A DNA stretch of 64,000 bases from Octopus sinensis (GCF_006345805.1 NC_043023.1:3720001-3784000); one strand, 5' to 3'. Positions 42,775-56,977 are shown, numbered from the stretch's first letter. Made by a program: numbers and translations. The notes: generated by a model not told the origin, from the letters alone.

Positions 42775-43766
42775 ACAGCGGAACTTCTTTTGAATAATTA
42801 TTATAAGTGCATTAACTGCTATTTCTACACAGCACGGGACCAGCAACAAGTGATAGTACCATGCACACACAAACGCACACACTGTATTAACCTTAAAATG
42901 GACACTGTATGAAAATACATATAGCCAAATATTTGCCATTATTTCTCCTTCCTTAGATGTAGCAAATAGTTATAGATCTTAGAAGAAATACAGAATATAT
43001 TCTTGGAAGTTAACTTCTAAATGTAACCCCTGTCTTAGACCCTCTTATACACATCAAGGGACCAAGCAATAGTGTTAGAAGCACACATATTTTTGTTTTT
43101 GTATTTTTGGGTGGGTCACGTTGCCAACTGAACACACACGTTGGTTGTATTTCACTTCAGTATTATTATCTTTGTCAAATGTTTTGCTTATTTATTCACA
43201 TTCTTTTGAATTAATCATGCTTTATCTTGGTGTGACTGTTCAGATGATATTGTAGGGCATGTGTGATAGGCTGGATCTGACCAGTTTGAACATAAAACAT
43301 GTAGGATATTGGAACTGGATGTAACCGGTTTAAATATTATGGCACCAAGCTTACAGAATTATTATCATGCTGGACAAAATATTTAGTAGCTTTTCTCCCA
43401 GTGCTTCATGTTCTGAGTTCAAATACCACCAAGGTCAGCTTTGCTTATCATTCTTTCAGGGTCAATAAATTAAGTACCAGTGGAGTACTGAGGCCAGTGT
43501 AATTGGCTCATCCCCTCCCCCAAAATTGCTGCCCTTGTGACAAAATTCGAAACCATAATTATTAAGGTAACGAACTGGCAGAATCGTTGGCACACTGAAC
43601 GAAATACTTAGCGGTATTTCACCTGTCACTGCGTTCTGAGTTCAAATACAGCCGAGGTCAACTTTGCCTTTCGTCCTTTTGGGGTCGATAAATTAAGTAC
43701 CAGTGAAACACTGGGGCCATGTAATCAACCAGTCCCCTCCCAACAAATTTGAGGCCTTGTGGCTCC

Positions 43767-43798
<32 letters not shown>

Positions 43799-44047
43799 CA
43801 TTATTATTAAGGTAACGAGATGGTAAACTCATTAGCATCGCAAGCAAATGCTTAGCGGTATTTCGTCTGTCTTTATGTTCTGAGTTCAAATTCTGCCAAG
43901 GTTGACTTTGCCTTTCATCCCTTCAGGTTCAATAAATTAAGTACCAGTTATGCACTGGGGTCAATGTAATCGACTTACCCCTCCCCTCCAAATTTCAGGC
44001 CTTGTGCCTTTAGTAGAAAGGATCATTATTATTATTATTATTATTTA

Positions 44048-44988
44048 AGGTGGTGAGCTGGCAGAATTGTTAACGTACTGGACAAAATGCTCAGTAGCAT
44101 TTTAGCCATCCTTATGTTCTGAGTTCAAATTCCACCGAGGTCGACTTTGCCTTTCATCCTTTAGGGGTCGATAAATTAAGTACCAGTTACGCACAGGGGT
44201 CGATATAATCGACTTAATTCCTTTGTCTGTCCTTGTTTGTCCTCTCTGTGTTTAGCCCTTTGTGGATAGTAAAGAAATAGGTATTTCCTCTGCCGTTACG
44301 TTCAGAGTTCAAATCCCGCTGAGGTCGACTTTGCCTTTCATCTTTTCAGGGTCGATTAAATAAGTACCAGTTACGCACTGGGGTTGATGTAATCGACTTA
44401 ATCCATTTGTCTGTCCTTGTTTGTCCCCTCTATGTTTAGCCCCTTGTGGATAGTAAAGAAATAGGTATTTCGTCTACCGTTACGTTCTGAGTTCAAATTC
44501 TGCTGAGGTCAACTTTGCCTTTCGATAAATAAGTACCAGTTGCGCACTGGGGTCGATGTAATCGACTTAATCCCTTTGTCTGTCCTTGTTTGTCCCCCCC
44601 TATATTTAGCCCCTTGTGGGTAGTAAAGAAATAGGTATTTCGTCTGCTGCTACATTCTGAGTTCAAATTCCGCCAAGGTCAACTTTGCCCTTCATCCTTT
44701 TGGAATCGATAAATTAAATACCAGTTTCCCACTGGGGTCGATGTAATCGACTTAATCCCTTTGTCTGTCCTTGTTTGTCCCCTCTATGTTTAGCCCCTTG
44801 TGGATAGTAAAGAAATAGGTATTTCGTCTGCTGCTACATTCTGAGTTCAAATCCCGCTGAGGTCAACTTTGCCTTTCATCCTTTTGGAGTTGATAAATTA
44901 AGTACCAGTTATGCACTGGGGTCGATGTAATCGACTTAATCCCTTTGTCTGTCCTTGTTTGTCCCCTCTATGTTTAGCCCCTTGTGGA
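44048..44988 (+). repeat. SINE B tandem array (5 units), preceded by diverged relatives at 43350-44040
   Basis: Same unit and AAAGAAATA|GGTATTTC junction. Confidence 0.85.
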
Positions 44989-45602
44989 TCATTACAGCAC
45001 TAAAGAAAATGCTTAATTGCATTGCTTCTGACTCTTTGTTCTGAGTTCAATTGCTGCCGAGGTGGACTTATAAGTCCCAGTTGAGCATGAGGGTCAATGT
45101 GATCAACCCTAACCCTCACTCTGCTTCCCTCCGAACAGCCAGCCCTGTACCAAAATTCACAAGCGTTATTTTTGAATTCTGCAACCTTATTAGTAATGAT
45201 GAAATCCCATTCACATTCCCACACTGCTTGTAGATTATTCATGCTGTCAGCCACTCCCTGTGCTTAAGGACCCGGGGACAAGCAAATAATATTTGTGTGT
45301 CCTGAGAAAGAAAGGTTTACCTCATTGTTGATAAAGTTAATCGTAATGAAAAAACTCTGAGAGATCAATCAGTAGAGTGATTTATGGGTTAAATTATTAG
45401 ATAAGTAAATATCTAAATGAATGGTAAAAAAAAAAAAAATGAAGTGAAATACAGTCAGTGTGTGTGTGAGAGAGATTTAGTTAGCAGCATGACCCTCCCA
45501 AAGTACAATATTTGTTTTTGCACACGATTTCACATAAAACAAATATGTACATGTTTGTATATATGTATACCTATGTGTACACATAAATAAAAATACAAGT
45601 AC

Positions 45603-45671
<69 letters not shown>

Positions 45672-46184
45672 CATACACATACATACATACATACAAATAC
45701 GTTATTTATGTTTACAAAAAAAAATTATATACATACACACACAGAGATGTGTAGAAGTCAATATCTACTTACACACCTATGTATGCACTCACATTTATGT
45801 ACACACAGAGAGATGTGTAAAAATACACACACAGACACACAATCTAACTATGTAATTTAGTCTAACCAAATGAATTCTTTAGTCTTTAGACTTAACCCAA
45901 ACCACACAAAAAACAAACCCATTTGTATTTATCGATATCCTTAATATCTCATGCTGCCTGCCATTTAGTCCTACTTTTTTCTTTGCTTCCCATTTACCAA
46001 ACTGATACAAGCAATAATAAATACACCAACAGACCATCTGATAACGGAGCCCCAGTTTTATTTGATTGCGAACCTTAGCAATCTGGGTTCAATCCCCACC
46101 GAGTCCAATTTTGCCTTCCATCTCCCCAAGAGTTAGTTACGCAGTTGAGTCGCAGTGGATTACTGGTACTCATTATTGACTCCC

Positions 46185-46412
46185 GGCGAGCTGGCAGAAA
46201 CGTTAGCACGCCGGACGAAATGCTTAGCGGTATTTCGTCTGCCGCTACGTTCTGAGTTCAAATTCCGCCTAGGTCGACTTTGCCTTTCATCCTTTCGGGG
46301 TCGATAAATTAAGTACCAGTTACGAACTGGGGTTGATGTAATCGACTTAATACCTATGTCTGTCCTTGTTTGTCCCCTCTATGTTTAGCCCCTTGTGGGT
46401 AATAAAGAAATA
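46185..46412 (+). mobile_element. Full-length monomeric SINE B with ~20-22 bp target-site duplication
   Basis: GGTACTCATTATTGACTCCCGG at 46165-46186 and 46413-46434. Confidence 0.9.
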
Positions 46413-46687
46413 GGTACTCATTATTGACTCCCGGATTTTAAGGGTTTGTTCGGAATCCTTTAGTTCCTAGCCAAAGAACATTCTTACGGTATTTTCCAGA
46501 ATACAAGTTGAATTTTTTTAGGACCAAAATTTATAGCCTCAAAAATGGTAGGTTGACTTATATACACCGAGAAGACTTTTGGAGGACCAACAATTCTGTG
46601 TGGAACACAGCAGGATTTGGAAAGATAGTGATGTTGCTTGAATGTTTATATTGTATACACCATATGTAGACTTGTACGATGGAAATA

Positions 46688-47253
46688 TTGGGTTGTCTGG
46701 AAAGTTCTTGCCGATTTTTAAAGGAAAGAAAAAGTTCAATAAATACTTGCCATTACATTTTTAATCAACCAAATATGAACCATTTTGTTGCACAATGCGT
46801 CTCCATCTTTCCTTAAATGTGAAAATACCCTCTTCCCAGAATTGAGCTGGTTTCATGGCAAAGAATTCATCAAGGTATCTTTTTATGTCATCCAAGGAGT
46901 TGAAATTTTTACCATTAAGACTATTCTGCAGAGACCTGAATAAGTGGAAATCCGAAGGAGCAATATCTGGTGAATATGGAGGGTGGGGTAACACATCTCA
47001 GCCGATCTGCAGCAATTTTTGTCTGGTTCTCAGAGCATCAAGTGCCGAAAATGAACTTTCTTATCTTCCATTTTAAAGGGTTACAGAATTAACACAGGTT
47101 ATAGGAACATAAACCTTCTTCCACGAAAAGATAGCTGAAACTGTGCTCTAAATGGAGGTGGAGTCAAATCCTATTTTATGGACTCAACCACGTTCTAAAA
47201 TAAGTCGAAATGTAAGCTACTATAAATCGGCACAAACTTTCCAGACAACCCAA
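46688..47253 (-). mobile_element. Internally deleted mariner
   Basis: TIR TTGGGTTGTCTGGAAAGTT..TGCCGATTT with TA flanks; C-terminus LPHPPYSPDIAPSDFHLFRSLQ (46761-46994). Confidence 0.9.
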
Positions 47254-47269
47254 TATATATATATATTTT

Positions 47270-47775
47270 TTTTATCTAGTTTCAGCTCACGAGCTGTGGC
47301 CATGCTGGGGCACCGCCATTTGGTGTTGCTACATGATTTTACTTCACGAATGCTTTTTAGCGATTGCCATTTGGTGCATGAGAGAGTTCAATGCAGCTGC
47401 CCTCATCTGCACCTCCTGCCGTGAAGTTGGTTCATCCGGGACACCTGACAGGAAGAGATCCAGTTTTATTTTAAAGACATCTGCATCCACCCCATGCAGG
47501 TCTCTCAGGTTCTTTGGTAGGATATTGAAGAGCTGTGGGCCTCGGAAGCCCAGGCTATCACAGTATCTTGTCTTACATCTTGATGGCAAATTTGGAGTCC
47601 TTGGCACTATGCAGTGGCGCCCAGTTCTAGTATCTGTAACTCTCGATGCCAAAGTTTGGGACAAGTCCTTCCAGGATCTTCCAGATGTATATTATGGCTT
47701 ATATTTCTTGCCTACGCTCTAAGGAATAGAGTTTTAATCTCTTGAGTCTTTCCCAATAGCTTATATGCCAAAACA
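47270..47775 (-). mobile_element. CR1-type LINE 3' end
   Basis: GRHC...SLGFRGPQLFNILPKNLR...FKIKLDLFLSGVPDEP then 3' UTR; shorter copy at 32480-32750 (+). Confidence 0.8.
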
Positions 47776-48959
47776 ACTGACCAACTATTCCATGTGAAAC
47801 GTAGCAGGATTTTGAAGAATAATTACTGAATGTTTCCACCATATATTATGTCGACTTGTGTACTGGAAAATGCTGGAGTTCATCTCTGAACAAACCAGTT
47901 CTTGTTGCAATTTGTTGCCTACTGGGTTTTGTCTCGGGGTTAAAACATGGCCAGGAATTTCAGCTGAATCTGGTATTTATTTCATTCTACGTTGCCCCTG
48001 CCAGAATTTTGGCTGTGTATACATGTGTGTGTATATGTGTATGGAGAATGTGTGTTAAATGATGATGATTACGTATGAATTAACATGCATGTGTATATAC
48101 TTGTGTGCATGTATGTATATTTGACTTTTTTTTTACTAGAATTCCTGGATATAAGGAACTGCTTTAAAATAAAGAAAAAGTTGTGTATATGTGTGTATGA
48201 CTGTGAATATATATGAATGTATATATATATATATGTATGTGTGTGTATAGTTGTATGTACACACGTGTGTATATATGTGCATGTAGGTATGACTGTATTT
48301 ATGTACATGTATGTATGTATGTTTTACATGTTTGTATGTACGTGTGTGTATATATGTATATACATATATACACAAGCATGAATGTAATGTGTATATTATG
48401 TGTGCTTGTATTTGTACATATGTATATTGTGCGTATACACATATATATATATATATATATATACATACATATATATATACATACATACATATACATATAT
48501 ATATACATACATACATACACAGGTATATATTTGTATATGTGTGTATCTTGTGTATATATATGTTTGTATGTATATAAGAAATAGGGACCCTGCATCCCTG
48601 TGTGTCATAACAGGTAACTAAAGTAGGGGTTGGCATCTGAAAGGGCATCCAGCCATAAAATGCTGCCTTATAATGACCCACCTAACCCATGCTAGCATCG
48701 AAAAGTGGATGTAAAAATCAATGAAAATACTCCCGTAATTAACCCCCCCCCTCTTACACACAACTATTTGTAACAAATTCTTCCTAACGATTTATTGGCC
48801 ATTTTTTAATTAATAAAATTTATTTCTTTTTCACTTAAAATATTTTGTGTGTTTTCTTTATTTTTTTAATTTGTTTCAGGCAATGGACAGTGGCCATTCT
48901 GGGGTCATTTTTGCTACAATCTTAAGCTTTAAGTAAAATTATAACGATTTGGTCTTAAA

Positions 48960-49350
48960 CTGTGTGGTATGTAGCTTGCTAACCAACCACATGGCTCAGG
49001 GTTCAGTCCCACTGCGTGGCATCTTGGGCAACTGTCATCTGCTATAGCCCAGGGCCGACCAATGCCTTGTGAGTGGATTTGGTAGACGGAAACTGAAAGA
49101 AACCTGTCGTATATATGTATATCTATATATATGTTTGTGTGTCTGTGTTTGTCCCCCTAGCATTGCTTGACAACTGATGCTGGCGTGCTTACGTCCCCGT
49201 CACTTAGCGGTTCGGCAAAAAGAGACCGATAGAATAAGTACTGGGCTTACAAAGAATAAGTCCCGGGGTCGATTTGCTCGACTAAAGGCGGTGCTCCAGC
49301 ATGGCCGCAGTCAAATGACTGAAACAAGTAAAAGAGTAAAAGAGTAAGAG
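48960..49350 (+). mobile_element. SINE A
   Basis: Near full-length match. Confidence 0.85.
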
Positions 49351-49739
49351 TTAAACTAATTTTGCCTGTAAATTTGAAACGTTTATATTAATTTAGCATT
49401 AGAATTCTTCAAGTTGTATAGAAATAGTTAATGTCTGCATCATTCGAAAGAGAAATAAATTCTGCACAAGGTGTAATAGATAGAAATGATTTGTATGGCG
49501 TTAGTAACAAAATATTTTGTAAGAAATAGAACTTTTATTAGCAATAATAAATTTATTGTAGCTTTGAGGGTTTCAAACGAAGAGAGATAACTCCAGTCAC
49601 ATTGCAGTTTTCTCCCTTGGTTAGACGCACATTTTTCCTTGCTCTTCATGTGTGTGTGTGTGTGTGTGTGTATGTATATATATATACACACACACAAACA
49701 TATATAAAAATGAGTATATGTTTATGTATGCATAACTTG

Positions 49740-50103
49740 GGATCTTTTCGGTTTGAACGGCAGTTTTTAACATAATTTCTAGGTAACTAAAAACACTTTT
49801 AAACTTCCTATACTGGTAGAATGTGTTTATAAAACATCTTTTTCTCTTGGCTTTATTGAGAAGATTCTATAGTTTGTAACATGTTTTTTTTTCTGCAATT
49901 TCAACCAATCAATGACGTCCATTGAGGTAAACAACATTCTGTGCCGCATGAATATGTCCCTCGTTTAAGAAACAGATACCCTTCCCCCACCCCTAACCCT
50001 AAAACAGATTGAAATGCAATAGATCGATACTAGGGTCATAATTATGGGTGACAATTTCATATGACACCGCTAGAAAAAACGGCCGTTCAAACCGTAAAGA
50101 TCC
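49740..50103. mobile_element. MITE with ~29 bp TIRs (GG termini, 8 bp TSD; Merlin-like)
   Basis: GGATCTTTTCGGTTTGAACGGCAGTTTTT / AAAAACGGCCGTTCAAACCGTAAAGATCC; flanks ATAACTTG / TTAACTTG. Confidence 0.8.
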
Positions 50104-51049
50104 TTAACTTGTTTCAGGCATTAAGACTGCGGCCATACTGTGGGACCACCTTGAAGGATTTTTAGTCGAATGAATCAACAATATTTATTTTCTTTTTAAG
50201 CCTACTTATTTTATCGTAAGTTTTTAAAATAAAAAAGTTAAGGAGTAGCTGTGTGGTAAGTAGCTTGCTTACCAACCACATGGTCCTGGGTTCAGTCCCA
50301 CTGCACAGCACCTTGGGCAAGTGTCTTCTACTATAGCCTCGGGCCGACCAAAGCCTTGTGAGTGGATTTGGTAGACGGAAACTGAAAGAAGCCTGACCTA
50401 TATATGTATGTATGTATATATACATATATATATATACTGGCACCTGTGTTGGTGGCACATAAAAAACACCATCCGAGCGTGGCCGTCTGGCACTTGTGTC
50501 GGTGGCACATAAAAAACACCATCCGATCGTGGCCGTTCGCCAGCCTCGTCTGGCACCTGTGTCGGTGGCACATAAAAAACACCATCCGAGCGTGGCCGTT
50601 CGCCAGCCTCGTCTGGCACCTGTGTCGGTGGCACATAAAAAACACCATCCGATCATGGCCGTTCGCCAGCCTTGTCTGGCACCTGTGTCGGTGGCACATA
50701 AAATCACCCACTACACTCACTGAGTGGTTGGCGTTAGGAAGGGCATCCAGCTGTAGAAACACTGCCAGATCTGACTGGCCTGGTGCAGCCTTCGGGCTCC
50801 CCAGACCCCAGTTGAACCGTCCAACCAATGCTAGCATGGAAAGCGGACGTTAAATGATGATGATGAAGGTTTACGAAAATAAACAAAAGACGAAGGCAGG
50901 TGGAGTACAAACAAACAAATGTATTAGTATGGTGCTCAGGAATAGAAATAGAACAAGTCTTTTATGTTTCGAGCCTACGCTCTTCAACAAAAAGATACAC
51001 AGAAAGAAACAAGGAGAGAAAAAAAATGCGTGTAGGAGCTAACATTCCA

Positions 51050-51149
51050 NNNNNNNNNNNNNNNNNNNNNNNNNNNNNNNNNNNNNNNNNNNNNNNNNNN
51101 NNNNNNNNNNNNNNNNNNNNNNNNNNNNNNNNNNNNNNNNNNNNNNNNN
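51050..51149. other. Assembly gap (100 N)
   Basis: Run of N. Confidence 1.
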
Positions 51150-51245
51150 GCAGCCCCTGGCTTCCCAGACCTCGGTCGAACCGTCCAACCCATGCTAGCG
51201 CAGAAAACGGACATTAAACGATGATGATGATGATGATGATGATGA

Positions 51246-51288
<43 letters not shown>

Positions 51289-51721
51289 AGTGAGATTCAG
51301 GTAAAAGCATTATTGCAGAAATCCATGCAAAGCTCATCCACAGTTATTGGCTACCTGATGTCATCATACAGTGGAAAATTTTGCTCAGCATCGGTTATCA
51401 AGTTATGTTTGGGCTGGGGGACAATCACAGACACACACACACACATACATAGGGTATTATCTTTTTTTACAATAGGACAAAATTTATATTATTTGCTCTC
51501 AACCAAAGCAACTCTCTCTAACCTCACTATACGACAGGCTTCTTTTAGTTTCCGTCTACCAAATCCACTCACATGACTTTGGTCGGCCCAAGGCTATAGT
51601 AGAAGACACTTGCCCAAGGTGCCACACAGTGGGACTGAACCTGGAACCATGTGGTTCATAAGCAAGCTACTTACCACACAGCCAATATATATAAATATAT
51701 ATACATATATAAGTTCAGCAA

Positions 51722-51992
51722 CATTTAGATTCAGATGAATATGGTACTTAAGTTAAAGGCACCAGAATTTGGTATTATATTATCCATATAAATCAAATGG
51801 GGTGATTATAATCAAAATAAGCAACAAGGATATCCAAAGGTAGTGTAGTACGATCGTTTCATGCTACTTCAGTTAATTAAACAATGTAAGTATTACATCA
51901 GTTTACTTACTTACATTGTTTAATTAAATGAAGTAGCATGAAACGATTGTACTACACTACCTTGGATATCCTTGTTGCTTATTTTGATTATA
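51722..51992. mobile_element. Penelope-like terminal fragment in fold-back arrangement (family 1)
   Basis: Inverted arms carrying GAAACGAT(C/T)GTA...CTTGTTGCTTATTTTGATTA, homologous to 58429-58560; CTGATGA half absent. Confidence 0.65.
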
Positions 51993-52242
51993 TATATATA
52001 TATTATACATATACGTATATATATAGGCAAATTGAAAATAAATATAAAACAAAAACAACAAAATTCAAAAGGACACTTTTTTACAGCTGGAAAAAAAGAA
52101 GGGGTTTGATGTTTCAAGCATGGCTTTTCTTCCGAAAAAGGACAGAGGAAAGGGTCAGAGAGAAGGAAAAAATAATAGATAAATAGATAGATTGACTGAT
52201 TGATTGACCGGTAGATAAATAGACATGGGCACATGGAAGCAT

Positions 52243-52273
<31 letters not shown>

Positions 52274-52729
52274 TGCTCACAGCTAGACAAGTAAATATAC
52301 ACCTTAATTACTTATATAATTACAAACTATTTATATATATATTCACCCTAATTTTTCTATTCATAATTATTTATTAGTTTACAATAAATAATTTACAGGT
52401 TTCCCGGTTTCCTTGGCATATAAGTTACCCACCTGGAAGGGATGCTGGTCCATCGCAGGTGAGCTGCAAGATGCAGGAGGAAAGAGTGAGAGAAAGTTAT
52501 GGCAAAAGAGTCAGCAGAAGTTCACCATTACCTTCTGCCGGAGCCACATGGAGCTTAGGTGTTTCACTCATAAACACACACATTGCCTGGTCTGAGATTC
52601 GAACCCGCGATCCCATGACCACGAGTCCACTGCTCTAACCACTAGGCCATGTGCCTCCACACACACACATACACACACATACAACACACACACACACATA
52701 TATATATATATAGATATACAATATATACA

Positions 52730-52844
<115 letters not shown>

Positions 52845-53209
52845 ATATGTATATATACATATAGGGTTCAAATCTCAGACCAGGCAATGTATGTGTTTAT
52901 GAGCGAAACACCTAAGCTCCACACGGCCCTGGCAGAAGGTAATGCCGAACTTCTACTGACTCTTTCGCCACAACTTTCTCTCACTCTTTCCTCCTGCATC
53001 TTGCAGCTCACCTGCGATGGACCGGCGTCCCATCCAGGTGGGGAACCGATGTGCCAAGGAAACTGGGAAACCTGTAAATTCCGGGTCGATAAATAAAGTA
53101 CCAGTTTCGCACTGGGGTCGATGTAATCAACTTAATCCCTTTGTCTGTCCTTGTTTATTTAGCCCCTTGTGGGCAGTAAAGAAATATATATATTTATATA
53201 TATATATAT

Positions 53210-53410
53210 CAGTGGTTTTCAACCAGGGTTCCGCCAGTACAGTCCAGGGGTTCCGCAAGAAGTTACAAAACTGCTAAAATCAGGGGTAATTTTTAATTCT
53301 CCTGTGCAGATATGTGTGCATAAGACTATTAAATTATTGCACAGGAGTTCCTCAAGCCAGTGGAATGTTTCCTTGGGGTTCCGCTCCAGCAAAAAGTTAG
53401 AAAAGCACTC
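53210..53410. mobile_element. hAT (Charlie-like) MITE
   Basis: CAGTGGTTTTCAACC start, AAAAGCACTC end, repeated GGGTTCCG subterminal motifs. Confidence 0.65.
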
Positions 53411-53429
53411 ATATATATATATATATATA

Positions 53430-53864
53430 TACTCTTTTACTCTTTTACTTGTTTCAGTCATTTGACTGCGGCCATGCTGGAGCACTGCTTTTAGTCAAGC
53501 AAATCAACCCCAGGACTTATTCTTTGTAAGCCCAGTACTTCTTCTATCGGTCTCTTTTGCCGAACCGCTAAGTGACGGGGACGTAAACACACCAGCATCG
53601 GTTGTCAAGCAATGCTAGAGGACAAAAACACACACACACAAACACACACACACTTATATATATATATACATATATACGACAGGCTTCTTTCAGTTTCCGT
53701 CTACCAAATCCACTCACAAGGCATTGGTCTGCCCGGGGCTATAGCAGAAGACACTTGCCCAAGATGCCACGCAGTGGGACTGAACCCGGAACCATGTGGT
53801 TGGTAAGCAAGCTACTTACCACACAGCCACTCCTGCACCCATATATATATATATACATATATCC

Positions 53865-53896
<32 letters not shown>

Positions 53897-54048
53897 CAGG
53901 CTTCTTTCAGTTTCCGTCTACCAATCCACTCACAAGGCCTTGGTCGGCCGGGGGCTATAGCAGAAGACACTTGCCCAAGATGCCACGCAGTGGGACTGAA
54001 CCCAGAACCATGTGGTTGGTTAGCAAGCTACTTACCACACAGCCACTC
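53430..54048 (-). mobile_element. SINE A with duplicated 5' half
   Basis: Two heads, one tail, minus strand. Confidence 0.8.
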
Positions 54049-54791
54049 GATCGATAGACTGATTGATTGACAGGTAGATAAATAGACACGCACACACGCA
54101 CACACATGCACACACACACACACTCACACACACACACATGCTCGCAGTTGGTTTGCTCAAAGACTTGCAGCTGGCAACGTGCAACAGAGTGAAGCAGCAG
54201 TCAAGAGGCTCATCTCAATACAGAAACCTTTCCCAACACAATTGCTTTCGTTGGAACTTGAACCATTGAATATCTGGGACACTCAACAATCATTAGAACA
54301 CTCGACCTCTCTCCATCTCTCCCTCTCTCTCTCTCTCTCTCTGAGAGTGGAACAAGATGGAGAGGGGGGTGGAGGGGGTGCAGCACTCATTTCTTCATTT
54401 CCTTCTCCTACCACTGTTGTCACCTCACCTCTTCCCACTCCTCCTTTGATATCTTATACAAGGCAGCTGTGTGGTAGTGTAAGGTGTCGAGTGGTAGGAG
54501 GGAGACTGTTTGTGTGTGAAGAGAAGTGGAAGGCAGAGGTGGAGATGTGAGAAGCTTGGTGTGTGTGTGTGTGAGTGTGTGTGTGTGGTGGGGTTGTGAT
54601 TGCACTTATGAAATTGGTGTTGGTTACCTTGTATCATATACGCACACACTCATGCACATGCACACACACACACACACACTTCACATTCACTGACATAATA
54701 TGCATGTGTGTACATGTGTGTGTGTGTGAATGTATGTCATATTTAACTATGTGTTAAATACATATACATATAAGTGTGTGGTCTGTATACA

Positions 54792-54909
<118 letters not shown>

Positions 54910-54913
54910 CTAT

Positions 54914-55324
54914 AGGCGCAGGAGTGGCTGTGTGGTAAGTAGCTTGTTTACCAACCACATGGTCCGGGTTCAGTCCTACTGCGTGGCACCTGGGCAAGTG
55001 TCTTCTACTATAGCCCCGGGCCGACCAAAGCCTTGTGAGTGGATTTGGTAGACAGAAACTGAAAGAAGCCCGTCGTATATATGTATATATATATATGCGT
55101 GTGTGTCTTTGTGTGTCTGTGTTTGTCCCCCTAGCACTGCTTGACAACCGATGCTGGTGTGTTTATGTCGTCGTAACTTAGCGGTTCGGCAAAAGAGACC
55201 GATAGAATAAGTACTGGGCTTACAAAGAATAAGTCCCTGGGTCAATTTTCTCGACTAAAGGTGGTGCTCCAGCATGGCCACAGTCAAATGACTGAAACAA
55301 GTAAAAGAGTAAAAGAGTAAAGAG

Positions 55325-55325
<1 letters not shown>
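54914..55325 (+). mobile_element. SINE A
   Basis: Full-length match. Confidence 0.85.
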
Positions 55326-55357
<32 letters not shown>

Positions 55358-55455
55358 TTTGACTCCATGGGAAACATGTATTTTTGTGGTTGAAACCTTT
55401 TGGATTTACTAGTGCTAGAGTGAGCCACATAGTGACCACTCTCTTATATTTATAT

Positions 55456-55486
<31 letters not shown>

Positions 55487-55785
55487 ATATGTATGTATAT
55501 ATGTATGTATGTATATATTTATATATTATTCACCCTAACTACCACACCACCACCAATAAAATCCATCATGTATTACATATGCAGGTGCACAAATATATCA
55601 AACATATCTATTATATGTACATATAACAGTGCTCCAGCATGGCCACAGCTCATGAGCTGAAACTGGTTCAATTCAATTCATATGAAAATAACGGTTTTCT
55701 TAAAAAAACAATGGAAACATTCCAAAACACACACATCTGAGTCTATCGTAAGTCATCTCACATATTGATGAGTAACATTCTTTTG

Positions 55786-55892
55786 GGAAATTTTTACCTG
55801 ATGAAACATCCAATTAATCAGTTTCAGCATGAATTAATTTAATTTTCGTAATTGAATTAATTGGATATGGAAATGAGTAAGACTGGAATTTC
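55786..55892 (+). ncRNA. Degenerate third hammerhead-like motif
   Basis: CTGATGA 55798-55804, ATCCAATTAAT...ATTAATTGGAT stem, GAAA 55870-55873; stems I/III ambiguous. Confidence 0.4.
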
Positions 55893-55979
55893 ATTATATG
55901 GATTTGAATATCTTTAAATAAACTCACCTCTGTATGTCAATTTTTCCATTTTCTTCTTTTTCTCATTCATAAATACTTT

Positions 55980-56977
55980 AAAGACCCATGGACATATTTA
56001 CAAAGTCAGAAAACAGCACAGCTCCCATGACTTCAGGAAACATTTTTTCACGCTGAGAGTTGCTGAAGCGTGGAACAAACTGCCGGTATCAGTTGTTAGT
56101 TGTCGGAGCACTGCATCCTTCAAAACTTCCATGCTTTCTGAGATTCACCAACACTACACCTGATTTTCTCCCCTCCATACACACGCTGAAGCATGGAACA
56201 AACTGCCGGCATCAGTTGTTAGTTGTCGGAGCACTGCATCCTTCAAAACTTCCATGCTTCCTGAGATTCGCCAACACTACACCTGATTTTCTCCCCTCCA
56301 TACACACGCTGAAGCATGGAACAAACTGCCGGTATCAGTTGATAGTTGTCGGAGCACTGCATCCTTCAAAACTTCCATGCTTCCTGAGATTCGCCAACAC
56401 TACACCTGACTTTCTCCCCCTCCATACACACGAAAGCATGTATCTGACTCATACACTGTTCACTTCCCAGACATTTGTACATTACTGCATATTCTTTATA
56501 CGTACTTTTGACAAGTTGTGGTGCACCTGAGCACTGTATACAATAATTTCATTATTATTATTATTAAAATTATCAACCATCTTACAAACAATAACTCTGA
56601 GCACCTTTTCAAACTCCACCCATCTAACACCCGTGGACATATTTACAAAGTCAGAAAACAGCACAGCTCCCATAACTTCAGGAAACATTTTTTCACGCTG
56701 AGAGTTGCTGAAGCATGGAACAAACTCCCGGTATCAGTTGATAGTTGTTGGAGCACTGCATCCTTCAAAACTTCCATGCTTCCTGAGATTCGCCAACACT
56801 ACACCTGATTTTCTCCCCTCCATACACACGCAAGCATGTATCTGACTCATACACTGTTCGCTTTCCAGACATTTGTACATTACTGCATGTACTTTATATG
56901 CACTTTCTGACAAGTTGTGGTGCACCAGAGCACTGAATACAATAATTTCATTATTATTATTATTATTATTATTATTA
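55980..56977 (+). mobile_element. Two tandem CR1-clade LINE 3' ends with (ATT)n tails; first has an internal ~122 bp triplication
   Basis: NTRGHIYKVRKQHS...RKHFFTLRVAEAWNKLP motif. Confidence 0.8.

Noticed and set aside
45196-45304. Possible C/D-box snoRNA (ATGATGA...CTGA)
   Set aside because: No terminal stem, no recognisable rRNA-complementary guide, and not in a known intron.
49990-50002. Telomeric CCCTAACCCTAA
   Set aside because: Only two units and internal to a MITE; not an interstitial telomere.
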